Below, piece by piece: positions 8,674-18,093 of a DNA stretch of 64,000 nucleotides. This stretch comes from an uncultured archaeon. Its GTDB lineage: Archaea > Micrarchaeota > Micrarchaeia > Micrarchaeales > CABMGC01. The translations under genes and the position numbers were made by a program. The DNA is taken from NCBI GenBank assembly GCA_963787445.1, contig CAWBCT010000005.1, positions 224,001 to 288,000 on the forward strand, read 5' to 3'. Numbering within the stretch: the first letter of the stretch is position 1; the number at the start of each line of letters is the position of its first letter. The notes beneath the pieces were generated by a model. The model saw only the letters and a program-made list of their open reading frames with translations, was not told the DNA's origin and made no database searches.

Positions 8674-10512
8674 CTAAACCACGTAGATCGCCCAGATGGC
8701 GATTATGAAGAATGTCGCGATGAGTATCGGCAGGCGCCGCTTTCCGAGGTGTATGACGTCCCTGCTGACCTTCATCAGCTTGTCTTCGGAGCCGCCGCCC
8801 CAGATCCTGAACCGTTCCATCAGAAACTCACTGTAGGAAACCTGTGTCTTGGACATGCCCGCCAAGGACTTTGAGATGAGAGCGTCGAGCTCGGGTATTA
8901 TCTCCTCCACAGCTGTAACCCGCCCCAGCACATTGCTGACGGACATGGAAAGGGAATTTACCGCGTGGGTGTCAGTGGTGTAGACCTCGGCGTCAAGCTT
9001 GAACTTCTTCTTTATGTGCGAGAGCACTGCTGCGCGGAATCCTGGAAGCATATTATTCGCATCAAAGTAAACCATGCAAAAACGGGACTTGCCGAATGAG
9101 AAAATGCCAACGCTCAGGAACCCGTTGCCGATGTCCTTGTGGTGCAGCTTTGTGTTTGGCCTTGAGGAGCAGGAGCCGAAGTTCAGGGTAACCGGCGTAG
9201 ATCTTGAAAGGCCGGCCATCGCGTTCTTTATCGCCTGCTCATACAGCCCAACATACCTGCTGCCAGGATAGACTCCCTTCAACTCCTCCTTTGATGCGGA
9301 CTCGATGCGCGAGTTGTGCGCATCAAGCAGTATGACGTTCGGGACGTACTTCTTCACGAGCGAGGTGAAGCCTACGCCTACCTCTCGGTCTATGTCTTCT
9401 GTTATAAGTGGTGCCTTACTCAAGGTAAGTATACATAGGTCGTTTATCTTTATCGCGATGGCCCTGCAGGATCCTGCCGTTCCTACCGAGATGTTTCCTT
9501 TTGCGTCATCGAATGAGGAACCGCGGAGCTTCTGGAGTCTATCCACAACGGCCGAGGAGAGCTGCGTGACCTGCGTATGGCTGACCGGATTGTCCTCTAT
9601 GTTGACTGCGCCGTGCATCACAAAGGGTGTGGCTCCGGCACTGGAGAGCTGGGCGCCCAGGTGCTCGGTCGTCCCGCTGCCGCCCACCCCCACAAGCGGG
9701 CCGTAGTGTATGTCGGGCTTGACCATGACCGTCTTGCCGCCATTTGCGCCGCGAAGGGTAAGCATGTGGACGGGAACGTCCCGCTCGACCCCTGATTCGT
9801 TGAGTATGTTGTGGTCCTTGACGATGTCGTACAGCCACTGGTTTATCATCGCAGACATCAGATCAACGCCGCTGAAGTTGAACTCGCGCTTGGACGGGCG
9901 GTCCATCACGTAGAGTATCGCGTAGCCGCACAGCATGAAGACGACCATGCCCGCCCAGAGCTTTAGCAGCACGGTCTGGAGGGGAAGCATCAGGGCGAAG
10001 ATGAAGGTGCCGGAGGGGATGTAGATGAGTATGTTGAGCACCGGCTGCAGGGCAGCGGTGAGTATCTGGCTCCTGTGCTGGTTCATCACCACGCGGTTTA
10101 TCATGAACCAGTAGCCGTAGATGAATGCGTTGCCGAGAAGCAGGACCACGTTTGCGAACACATAATTCCCTGTGAATCGGATAATCAGGGCCCCGGCTAG
10201 GACAAACAGGACGTAGACCAGCGTTATGGCAAGGACCGCGAAGAACGCATGTTTCAGCTTCAGCCTGCGGTTCATCGCCTTGACCAGGAGCGCGGTGAGT
10301 ATGGCGGGCAGAGAGATTACGGCGATGCCTGCGCTTCCACCGTACACGAGCAGGTAGTAAAGGTCCAATGCGCCTGGATGGATTATGAGGTTGGCGGCGA
10401 TCCCGATGATTGCACCAAGTATTATAAGTGCCAGCGCGAGGTGGGACGCCCTTGGGGCATTTAGATTGAAGTAGCGAGTCAAGCGCGTAACGTCCCGTTT
10501 TCCATCTGGCAT
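8674..10512 (-). CDS. DUF2070-family membrane protein
   Basis: N-terminal TM bundle; conserved IHYGP, HGAV, DAHNS, DANNM, TTDTH motifs; next to uppS. Start set at MPDGK. Confidence 0.8.
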   Translation of the reverse strand: MPDGKRDVTRLTRYFNLNAPRASHLALALIILGAIIGIAANLIIHPGALDLYYLLVYGGSAGIAVISLPAILTALLVKAMNRRLKLKHAFFAVLAITLVYVLFVLAGALIIRFTGNYVFANVVLLLGNAFIYGYWFMINRVVMNQHRSQILTAALQPVLNILIYIPSGTFIFALMLPLQTVLLKLWAGMVVFMLCGYAILYVMDRPSKREFNFSGVDLMSAMINQWLYDIVKDHNILNESGVERDVPVHMLTLRGANGGKTVMVKPDIHYGPLVGVGGSGTTEHLGAQLSSAGATPFVMHGAVNIEDNPVSHTQVTQLSSAVVDRLQKLRGSSFDDAKGNISVGTAGSCRAIAIKINDLCILTLSKAPLITEDIDREVGVGFTSLVKKYVPNVILLDAHNSRIESASKEELKGVYPGSRYVGLYEQAIKNAMAGLSRSTPVTLNFGSCSSRPNTKLHHKDIGNGFLSVGIFSFGKSRFCMVYFDANNMLPGFRAAVLSHIKKKFKLDAEVYTTDTHAVNSLSMSVSNVLGRVTAVEEIIPELDALISKSLAGMSKTQVSYSEFLMERFRIWGGGSEDKLMKVSRDVIHLGKRRLPILIATFFIIAIWAIYVV

Positions 10513-10519
10513 CGGACCA

Positions 10520-11218
10520 CTATTTGCCGAAACGTCTATGTCGCTTGTTGTAGTCAAGGAGCGCAGTGTGAAGGTCCTGCTTTGTGAAGTCCGGCCAGAG
10601 CTTCTTTGAGAAGTAGAGCTCGGAGTAGCTGGTCTGCCAGGGCATGAAGCCGGAGAGGCGGTGCTCGCCCGAAGTCCTTATAATCAGGTCAATCTCGGGC
10701 ATGGCACCAGATATGAGGTACTTTCTGAACAGCGCGTCGGTTATAACCGAGGGGTTCTTTACGGTGCCGACCATCTTCTTCACTGCGTTGAGTATGTCGT
10801 CCTTGCCGCCGTAGCCGATCAGCATGTTGATGACTCTGCCCTTGTAGTGCTTTGTCTTGTTCTCAACCTTCTTCAGCGCCGCAAGCAGATCAGGGGGCAG
10901 AAGCTTCGTGTTGCCGACAACCTTCAGGCGGGTCTGGTTCTTCTGGAGGCGGGCGAGTATCTCCTTGTCATTGGCGGCCCGCTTGTATATTTTGAAGAGC
11001 TCCTTGACCTCCGTCTTGTCCCTCGAGAAGTTCTCTGTGGAAAATGCCCATACGGCTATGCTATCTATGCCGTAGGACTTGCACCACTCGCTGAACTCGA
11101 TGAACTTCTTGACGCCGAGGTCGTAGCCCTTGGCTACTGAAAGCACATTTGCCTTCGCCCAGCGCCTGTTCCCGTCCGGAATCAGGGCTACGGTCTTAGG
11201 AAGATTTTTTATCGTCAT
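10520..11218 (-). CDS. uppS: cis-prenyltransferase (polyprenyl diphosphate synthase)
   Basis: IPDGNRRWA, FSTENFSR, GYGGK, IRTSGEHRLSGFMPWQTSYSEL, WPDF. Confidence 0.95.
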   Translation of the reverse strand: MTIKNLPKTVALIPDGNRRWAKANVLSVAKGYDLGVKKFIEFSEWCKSYGIDSIAVWAFSTENFSRDKTEVKELFKIYKRAANDKEILARLQKNQTRLKVVGNTKLLPPDLLAALKKVENKTKHYKGRVINMLIGYGGKDDILNAVKKMVGTVKNPSVITDALFRKYLISGAMPEIDLIIRTSGEHRLSGFMPWQTSYSELYFSKKLWPDFTKQDLHTALLDYNKRHRRFGK

Positions 11219-11283
11219 GAAATCGGTCTTTTTCAAGGCAAAACTTAATAATATAATGAAATAAAGGTATAAATACATTGATA

Positions 11284-11844
11284 ATGGCGGACAATATGGC
11301 GTTTAATGAGTCAATTTCGGCGGAGGATATGGAGGCCCTTATTGGACACATAAGGGATGTGCCCGATTATCCGAAGAAGGGCATACTGTTCAAGGACATA
11401 ACTCCGCTGCTGAAGAGCCCTGAAGCCTTCAAGAGCTGTGTGGACTCTCTGGCGCACATGGTCTCGGGCGTGGATTTTGACTATGTTTTGGGGGTGGAAT
11501 CGCGGGGCTTCATACTCGGAAGCGCCCTTGCGTACAAGATAGACAAGGGCTTTGTGCCGGCGAGGAAGAAGGGCAAGCTGCCGTACAAGACAATAAGTCA
11601 GGAGTACGCTCTTGAGTACGGAACCGCGACGCTCGAGATGCACATAGACGCCGTTGAGAAGGGGAGCAGGGTGCTTATAGTCGATGACCTGCTCGCAACT
11701 GGCGGAACGGCAAAGGCAACTGCGCAGCTGGTGGAGAAATTGGGTGCGACAGTTGTAGGAATAGCATTCGTGATTGAGCTAGGATTCCTTGAGGGAAGGA
11801 GCAAACTGACCCCTTACGAGGTCTGCTCACTCATAAAGTATTAG
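11284..11844 (+). CDS. apt: Adenine phosphoribosyltransferase
   Basis: PDYPKKGILFKDITPLL, ESRGF, RKKGKLP, YALEYG, VDDLLATGGT. Confidence 0.95.
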   Translation: MADNMAFNESISAEDMEALIGHIRDVPDYPKKGILFKDITPLLKSPEAFKSCVDSLAHMVSGVDFDYVLGVESRGFILGSALAYKIDKGFVPARKKGKLPYKTISQEYALEYGTATLEMHIDAVEKGSRVLIVDDLLATGGTAKATAQLVEKLGATVVGIAFVIELGFLEGRSKLTPYEVCSLIKY

Positions 11845-12869
11845 TTCAGGAACTTTATTGCTCCGTCTGCAGAGACTTTCGACTTGAATACCACAAAACC
11901 CTCCTTTTCCAATGCCTCTTTGAGCTTCTTAGTGCCGCTTTTCACCAATACAACAGCGATGCCCCCACCACCTCCGCCGCTTAGCTTTGCACCAAGAGCC
12001 CCGTTGCTTACCGCAACCGAGACGCATCTGTCAAGGCCGTCGCTGGAGACTCCAAGTTGCTTCAGCAGTGCCTGATCTTCCTGCATTATCTTTCCGAGTT
12101 CCCTAAGATTTTTGTTGCCCAGAGCAACAAGCCCTCTCCTGGAGCAGTCCTCAATCTTATTCAGCATCGTCTCTGTCTCCTCTTTACGCTCTTTGTACTG
12201 TGCGGCTATGTGACCCACTGTTTCCGCTGTTGATCTCTTAGGACCGGTATTTACAAGGAGAAGTTTTGGCTGGACTCCGTATGCCTCTTTCTTTACGCCC
12301 TGCTCTTGGCTGTAACTCACGTACCCGCCGTAAAATGAGGTGTTGATGTCTATCCTTCCTGCCCCTTCGTTGGTGTGGGAAACCCGCTCGCCGTCCCTTG
12401 CAACATCCACTATCTGTTCCTCGGAAAGCCTGGCTCCTGCAACCTTTATCAGGGCTACCGTAAGTGCTGCGGAGTAGGCTGCGCTGCTCGCTAGGCCGCT
12501 CTGTTCTGGTATGTTTGATTTCATGCGCACCGACTGCCCAATAACAGGGACATTGAACTCCTCTTGAAGCCTTGCTGCAATAGTAGCAAAAGCCAGAATG
12601 TATTTGTTTATCTCTGCATTCTGGGCAACGTAAGAGGCAGGGCTCTCCTTTGACTTGTAACTCGCATATAACCGGGAAAGCTCTTTTGACGAAAATCGGG
12701 CAGGCTTGTCTACCCAGGAAGACTTTATGGTGAGTTTCTTGCTCTTTGTTGATCTGATGGACACCTGCGCGTAAAGGCTTATGGCTGCGGCAACGGAAAG
12801 CTTGCCGTAGACCACAGCGTGCTCACCAAGAAGCTTTACAACGCCAGGCGCCTTAACCAGAATAGTCAT
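11841..12869 (-). CDS. mvk: Mevalonate kinase
   Basis: APGVVKLLGEHAVVYG, PEQSGLASSAA, GAKLSGGGGGG GHMP motifs. Confidence 0.9.
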   Translation of the reverse strand: MTILVKAPGVVKLLGEHAVVYGKLSVAAAISLYAQVSIRSTKSKKLTIKSSWVDKPARFSSKELSRLYASYKSKESPASYVAQNAEINKYILAFATIAARLQEEFNVPVIGQSVRMKSNIPEQSGLASSAAYSAALTVALIKVAGARLSEEQIVDVARDGERVSHTNEGAGRIDINTSFYGGYVSYSQEQGVKKEAYGVQPKLLLVNTGPKRSTAETVGHIAAQYKERKEETETMLNKIEDCSRRGLVALGNKNLRELGKIMQEDQALLKQLGVSSDGLDRCVSVAVSNGALGAKLSGGGGGGIAVVLVKSGTKKLKEALEKEGFVVFKSKVSADGAIKFLN

Positions 12870-13990
12870 TAGATCATCTCCAAATTCAGTATCCCGAGTT
12901 CCTTTCTTGCATTCCAGAATTGCTTTAGTCTTGCGCCATCCTGGTCAGTAAGGTATATTGCCGCTATCGCATCCTTTCCGCCGGCGCCAGGGAGTTTTGA
13001 TACGAAGGCACCGTTGCTGTTTGTCGATTCTATCAACTCCGTGCAGTCATCGGGCTCGACAGAAACACTGCTGAGAACGCCGAGCTTCTTGAGCAGCTGC
13101 CTTCCGGCGTTGAATGCGCGCTTGAACTCGCCCATGCTTGCGAGGTCGCCCTTATTGATGCGTCTAAGCGCTTCGATTGCGGCAACGTTCTCCCGGTTTA
13201 GCTCGGCCATCAGGGAATTGTACTGCGCGGAGTCCTTTGCCTTGAAATCGGAGACACTGCCGATCGCTTTGGTGGTTATCATTGCCTCGCCAACAAAGTT
13301 GGCGAAGAGGAGTTTGAACTGCTTCGGCAGGCTGAACGGCTCGGCGGTGTAATCCCATTTAGAATCGATAAGCTCTCGCAGCTGCTGGTTTGTATATTCT
13401 GCGGGTAGCATCTTGACTATCTCTGGAGAGTAGCGGGTGTAGATTATGCTGCCGTAGGTTGCAGCTGCGATGTCGAAACCGCTGCCAATCTTGCCAGTAG
13501 CTATGCTGTGGGCGGTTTGGGCGAGCTTGTGCACTATCTCGCTGTCGTACTTCACAGGCTGTGAGCCTAGAACAGCCTTCACCACTGCAACCGTAAGGGC
13601 AGCGCTGCTTCCGAGGCCGCTTTTTGCGACCTTACCGCTTGCAATGGTGTAAGAGAATTGCGAATCATTGTCAGTCGTTACGCTAACACCGGTTATCATG
13701 GTTCCGAGCGAGGAGGCGTATCTGAGCGAAACCTCAACTGAAGTCTTCATGAGAAGAAGCTCCTTGGGCAGGTTCATGATTGAAATCCTGCCATCGGCAT
13801 CAATTGTGCCTTCAGATCTCATTTTTAGCGGTATCGCGTTAAGCACTACCTTATTATCAAGCGACTCTGCCTTCGCCCTTACGTATGCGTTTACGGCGCT
13901 GACAAAGCTTATGTTAGGCCTTTCAAGCACCGAATAACCGCCTATCCAGAGGATTTTTCCTGGCGCTTTGGCTTCTGTAACTAAACCCAT
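12869..13990 (-). CDS. Phosphomevalonate kinase (ERG8-like GHMP kinase)
   Basis: APGKILWIGGYSVLE, KSGLGSSAA, GKIGSGFDIAAATYG, PGAGGKDA; lies between MVD and MVK. Confidence 0.88.
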   Translation of the reverse strand: MGLVTEAKAPGKILWIGGYSVLERPNISFVSAVNAYVRAKAESLDNKVVLNAIPLKMRSEGTIDADGRISIMNLPKELLLMKTSVEVSLRYASSLGTMITGVSVTTDNDSQFSYTIASGKVAKSGLGSSAALTVAVVKAVLGSQPVKYDSEIVHKLAQTAHSIATGKIGSGFDIAAATYGSIIYTRYSPEIVKMLPAEYTNQQLRELIDSKWDYTAEPFSLPKQFKLLFANFVGEAMITTKAIGSVSDFKAKDSAQYNSLMAELNRENVAAIEALRRINKGDLASMGEFKRAFNAGRQLLKKLGVLSSVSVEPDDCTELIESTNSNGAFVSKLPGAGGKDAIAAIYLTDQDGARLKQFWNARKELGILNLEMI

Positions 13991-15063
13991 CATAAAACCT
14001 TCGGGGATAACTTTTTGCTGTCGATTAACGAGTAGGAATTGCTGTCCAGCAGCTTAGGTCCCGATCCTACCTCGGATATTTTTACGTCCATTATCGCTTT
14101 GGACGCTATCAAAGGCTTCAGCACTTTCAGCACTGTTTCCTTGTGCTCCTTGAGCGTTATTATATTGCTGTTAGGACCAGCATCAAAGGTGTATGCTGCG
14201 ATATTTTTGCTTGCTGCTGCATTTAGCTCTTCTATGGCGTCCATGATTGCAAAGGAAGTCGGATTAAGGTATCTGATGGATGGGCATGTGCTTAGCATGA
14301 GTGCGTGCATCTCATTGCTGTCAGCCATTATCTGCTCCGCAAGCGCGTTGAAGTCATGTTCTTTGTAGGCTTGGATCGCCAGGTCTACTCTTTTTTCAGC
14401 AGACGCGGGTCTCGATTTGAATAGCGGGTTTGTTGCGACCGTCTGCTTCATTCCAGCCCTGGATGATGTCTTCTTCTTTTCCTGTGAAACAATGGAGATC
14501 ACATCGATGATCTCGGGCCAGTATCTCTCGTCAAATATCTGTTCTGCGTCTGAGTCGCTTCCATCCGACTTTACTCCTTTGTTCCATCTTACTATCCCGC
14601 CGAATATGCTTCGGCAGGCGCTACCGCTGCCCTGCCTTGCAATCTTGGACAACTCGGTGGGAGTAAGTTTAAGTTGGAGCGCGGCGTTAGCAACGTAGGC
14701 CAATGTTGCTATGCCTGAAGCGCTTGAAGCGAGACCGCTTGCAGCAGGAAAATCATTCTTTGAGACAATTAGGACCTTTGCGCTGGTTTTTGACATTTTT
14801 CTTAGTATATTGATCATGCCAAACCTCTCCTGAACATCTTTGTCTGAGAGGTCCTGCTTTTTCCCATCTATGTAGATGGCGTCCTCCTTAAGTCTTTCTG
14901 AGAACATTATGCTGGTCGTTGTATGCAGCACATCGCGGCTAAGAGTCATGCTCAATGAAGAGTTCCACGGCAGTATGAGCTTCTCATCCCGCTTCCCCCA
15001 GTACTTTATGTAGGCCATGTTTGGCGAGCCTTCAGCGGTAAAGACAGTATCAAGTTTGACCAT
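13990..15063 (-). CDS. mvaD: Diphosphomevalonate decarboxylase
   Basis: PNMAYIKYWGKRD, NSSLS, SGLASSASG, GSGSACRS, AYTFDAGPN. Confidence 0.93.
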   Translation of the reverse strand: MVKLDTVFTAEGSPNMAYIKYWGKRDEKLILPWNSSLSMTLSRDVLHTTTSIMFSERLKEDAIYIDGKKQDLSDKDVQERFGMINILRKMSKTSAKVLIVSKNDFPAASGLASSASGIATLAYVANAALQLKLTPTELSKIARQGSGSACRSIFGGIVRWNKGVKSDGSDSDAEQIFDERYWPEIIDVISIVSQEKKKTSSRAGMKQTVATNPLFKSRPASAEKRVDLAIQAYKEHDFNALAEQIMADSNEMHALMLSTCPSIRYLNPTSFAIMDAIEELNAAASKNIAAYTFDAGPNSNIITLKEHKETVLKVLKPLIASKAIMDVKISEVGSGPKLLDSNSYSLIDSKKLSPKVL

Positions 15064-15124
15064 CCAAGCACAATATTAATTCCGGATTGTGGTATATAAA
15101 CACCTATGTGAAGGGGCGTTTATA

Positions 15125-16336
15125 TCAGAAGGTCTTGTACTTTCCTAGCGCAATCTGGGTGCTCAGCTCACCAATATTCTCGAGCATGGAGTCGGCAAGG
15201 TAGTCAACCTTGGGCTTCAGCTTCGCGAACTGCTCCTTCTTGCCAAGTATGAGGTTGATGTTCAGGTTGTGCGGCTGGCTTATCGGCTTCCCTATCTGTG
15301 AAAGTATGGCGATGTCGCACTCCTTTATCTCAGGGTGCTCGGCAGTTATCTTCTGGGCCATCTCATTCGCCAGTATGTTGTAGATCTTCCCTATGTGGCT
15401 TACAGGGTTCTTGCCTGCTGCGGCTTCAAGGCTCATGTGGCGGAAAGGCGTTATGAGCCCGTTTACACGGTTGCCCCTGCCCACCGATCCGTCATCACCC
15501 GCTTCGCAGCTTAGTCCCGATTTCGTAAGGTATACGTCCCCACCCTCTTCATCGTCGCCAGTATTTATGTGAACGGTTACCTCTTTCCCGGTCACCTTCT
15601 TTGCATTCTTCAGTATGTCCTGCCTTATCCGCTCCTTGTACTCCTTGTAGGCCTCAATGTCCTTCACGTGCTGAGCAACGAAGGCGATTGCAACGGTCAA
15701 GGAGATCTTGCTACCATCCCGCATTCCCATCACCTTGATGTCCTCACCGACAGCGGGTATTTTCCGCTTGTATTCTTTCGAATTGAGATAGTGCTCGGTC
15801 TCGAGCACGAGTCTCTCGGTATCTGAGAACGGGGCAAAACCTATTCCGAAGGAGGTGTCATTCGCAAGGGGCACGCTGCCCTTCGCCCTCTGGAAGATGT
15901 TGCCAAGGTCCGCACTTCCCTTGGCTATCTTGGAGTTGATCAAAACCTCGTTTTCTATGTCTAGGAAGCGCGTGTTCTCCTTGAGGTACCTCGCCGTTAC
16001 CTCCTTCGCAATCTCGTTCACGTCTATCTTCCTCCCGTTTGCCTCGCTGGTCGCCCTACCCGTAACTATGACTTCAATCCGCTTGGTTATCGCGCCGCTT
16101 CCGAAGCTCGCGCGGGATGCCCCTCCTATGATTAGTCCCTTGTCCACGTTGTGGTGAAGTATTGTTCCAAACTCCTCCAGATAGCGCCGTGAGAGCTCGT
16201 GGCTCGTCTCGTCCACTATCCCGTCTATCAGGCTGTCCGGATGCCCCAGGCCCTTTCTCTCTACAAACTCTGTGTTCTGCTCTGCTATTGCCGCATAGTT
16301 CAATCGGTTCACTGAGATGTTCTTCATTTGAGCCAC
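15125..16336 (-). CDS. mat: Archaeal-type S-adenosylmethionine synthetase
   Basis: VERKGLGHPDS, HHNVDK, ANDTSFG, GEDIKVMG, GDDGSVGRGNR, EAAAGKNPVSHIGKIYN. Confidence 0.96.
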   Translation of the reverse strand: MAQMKNISVNRLNYAAIAEQNTEFVERKGLGHPDSLIDGIVDETSHELSRRYLEEFGTILHHNVDKGLIIGGASRASFGSGAITKRIEVIVTGRATSEANGRKIDVNEIAKEVTARYLKENTRFLDIENEVLINSKIAKGSADLGNIFQRAKGSVPLANDTSFGIGFAPFSDTERLVLETEHYLNSKEYKRKIPAVGEDIKVMGMRDGSKISLTVAIAFVAQHVKDIEAYKEYKERIRQDILKNAKKVTGKEVTVHINTGDDEEGGDVYLTKSGLSCEAGDDGSVGRGNRVNGLITPFRHMSLEAAAGKNPVSHIGKIYNILANEMAQKITAEHPEIKECDIAILSQIGKPISQPHNLNINLILGKKEQFAKLKPKVDYLADSMLENIGELSTQIALGKYKTF

Positions 16337-16421
16337 TCTATGTCTGAAAATAAGCCTGCAAAGCTATTTAAGTGCTTTTGTTTATAATAAATAATTAGAT
16401 AAAAATTACTGCTGGTAATAT

Positions 16422-17018
16422 ATGGAGGTGCCTCTGGAAAACCTTGAATCTGTGGGGAGAACCATCCGCAACGCCCGACGTTCCCTTGGAATAAGCCAGA
16501 AGGAGCTGGCGGGGATGTGCAAGCTGAGCCAGAGCACGATAGCCAGGCTGGAGACCGACATAGTGAAGTTGAACCCCAGCTACGGTGTTGTCTACAACGT
16601 CATGGAAAAGCTTGCGAAGGAGGGCACCGCAGTGAGCAGGGCGCGCCTGGCGGGCAAGGTGGCTGAAGACATAATGCACAGGAACGTGGTAACGATAAAC
16701 GAGAACGAGACACTTGAAAAGGCGATAAAGATAGTGAGAAACTACGACTTTGCCTACGTGCCTGTGACGAACGCGAACAAGGACGTGGTTGGCACGCTCA
16801 ACCAGAAACGCCTTCTCGACGCGGCAACCCAGCATCCGGAGCAGGTGTCAAGCATCAAGATAGAAAAGATCATCGAACCGGCCCTGCCGCAGGTTCACAA
16901 GGAAACAGGGATCATACTGCTAAAGCCGATATTGGAGGCGTTCGGCGCCGTTCTGGTTACCGAAAAGGGGAAGATTGTGGGGATAATAACTATCTACGAC
17001 ATGCTTAAGCTGATCTGA
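16422..17018 (+). CDS. XRE-HTH plus CBS-pair transcriptional regulator
   Basis: IRNARRSLGISQKELAGMCKLSQSTIARLE HTH followed by two CBS domains ending GIITIYDML. Confidence 0.88.
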   Translation: MEVPLENLESVGRTIRNARRSLGISQKELAGMCKLSQSTIARLETDIVKLNPSYGVVYNVMEKLAKEGTAVSRARLAGKVAEDIMHRNVVTINENETLEKAIKIVRNYDFAYVPVTNANKDVVGTLNQKRLLDAATQHPEQVSSIKIEKIIEPALPQVHKETGIILLKPILEAFGAVLVTEKGKIVGIITIYDMLKLI

Positions 17019-17019
17019 C

Positions 17020-18048
17020 CTATTTCAGCTTGAACCCCGCAGCCACGAGTATCGGGAAGATTATGCTCGCCTCTCCCCAGACCTTCACGTTGTTCTGGTC
17101 GGGCGCGGCCTTCCCCCAGCTCTTCGCTTCCTCGGGATTTGCTCCGGCATTGCTCCCCTCTCCCTCGTTTCCGGTATTTATGTATACGGTGTAGTCTGCG
17201 CCTTCGCGGAGCATCAACGCATTCATTATGTGGTGTTTGGGCACAGAGCCTCCCAGTAGTATCGCGCCGGTCTTGTCGGCATTGAGAACAGTATCGTAAA
17301 GCAATACTACTTCCTTTGAAAGTTCTATACCGAAGTCAGGATGGTCCTTCTTGAAGAAGTAGAGGTGGTCGCCTACAGCTCCATCAGCAAGAGGCACGCA
17401 CAGGAGCGGAATCTTGTTCTTGTAGGCCCAGTAGGTGAAGCTCTCCTCCTTGTTCTTGCTGCTCTCCAGGGCCTGACCCATCTGCTTGACGAACTCGACG
17501 CTGTCGCACATCTTTCCAGTCTCCTTTTGCTTTGCGTAGGTCTTCTTTATCAACTTCGCCATGAACTCCTCGAACCAGACATATCTCTCGTTTGGCACGA
17601 AGATGTTGCCGCTCCGATTGACCCCGTTCTTCCTGAGGTAGGCGCCGTCAGCGTCAAACGAGCCGTGCAGGAAGCTGCCGTGCGTCTTTATCACGTCCTC
17701 CTCAAGTCCGCCGGTGGTGGTCACAAGAAAATGCACCATCCTGTTCTTCACAAGATAGGTAATGATGTCCCTCAGCCCGCTGGTCGAGATGTTCGAAGTG
17801 AATCCAAGGAAGATCGTGGCCTTCTCGGCCTGCATGCGCTTTACCAGGTCGATCGCTTTTGCAAGGTTCGTAGCCTGGAATCCCGTGGCCTTGTAGGAAG
17901 CGAAGAAGGCCTTTGCGTCGAACGCCTTCTGGAAGTCGTATCCCTGGACCTTGCCTTCGCCAAGCTCAATGCTCTTCCTGAACAGCGCCCTTCTAGGGTC
18001 TATCTTCTTTATTTGAACACCGGTACTTTTATCTCGCAGAACTTTCAA
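17020..18048 (-). CDS. dys: Deoxyhypusine synthase
   Basis: TGFQATNL, TTGGLEED, NRSGNIFVPN, GGSVPKHH, EAKSWGK active-site Lys; TTG start. Confidence 0.95.
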   Translation of the reverse strand: MKVLRDKSTGVQIKKIDPRRALFRKSIELGEGKVQGYDFQKAFDAKAFFASYKATGFQATNLAKAIDLVKRMQAEKATIFLGFTSNISTSGLRDIITYLVKNRMVHFLVTTTGGLEEDVIKTHGSFLHGSFDADGAYLRKNGVNRSGNIFVPNERYVWFEEFMAKLIKKTYAKQKETGKMCDSVEFVKQMGQALESSKNKEESFTYWAYKNKIPLLCVPLADGAVGDHLYFFKKDHPDFGIELSKEVVLLYDTVLNADKTGAILLGGSVPKHHIMNALMLREGADYTVYINTGNEGEGSNAGANPEEAKSWGKAAPDQNNVKVWGEASIIFPILVAAGFKLK

Positions 18049-18093
18049 AAGAGTATCGTTTCCAACTATTCCGCAATCAAGATGGATTATAAA

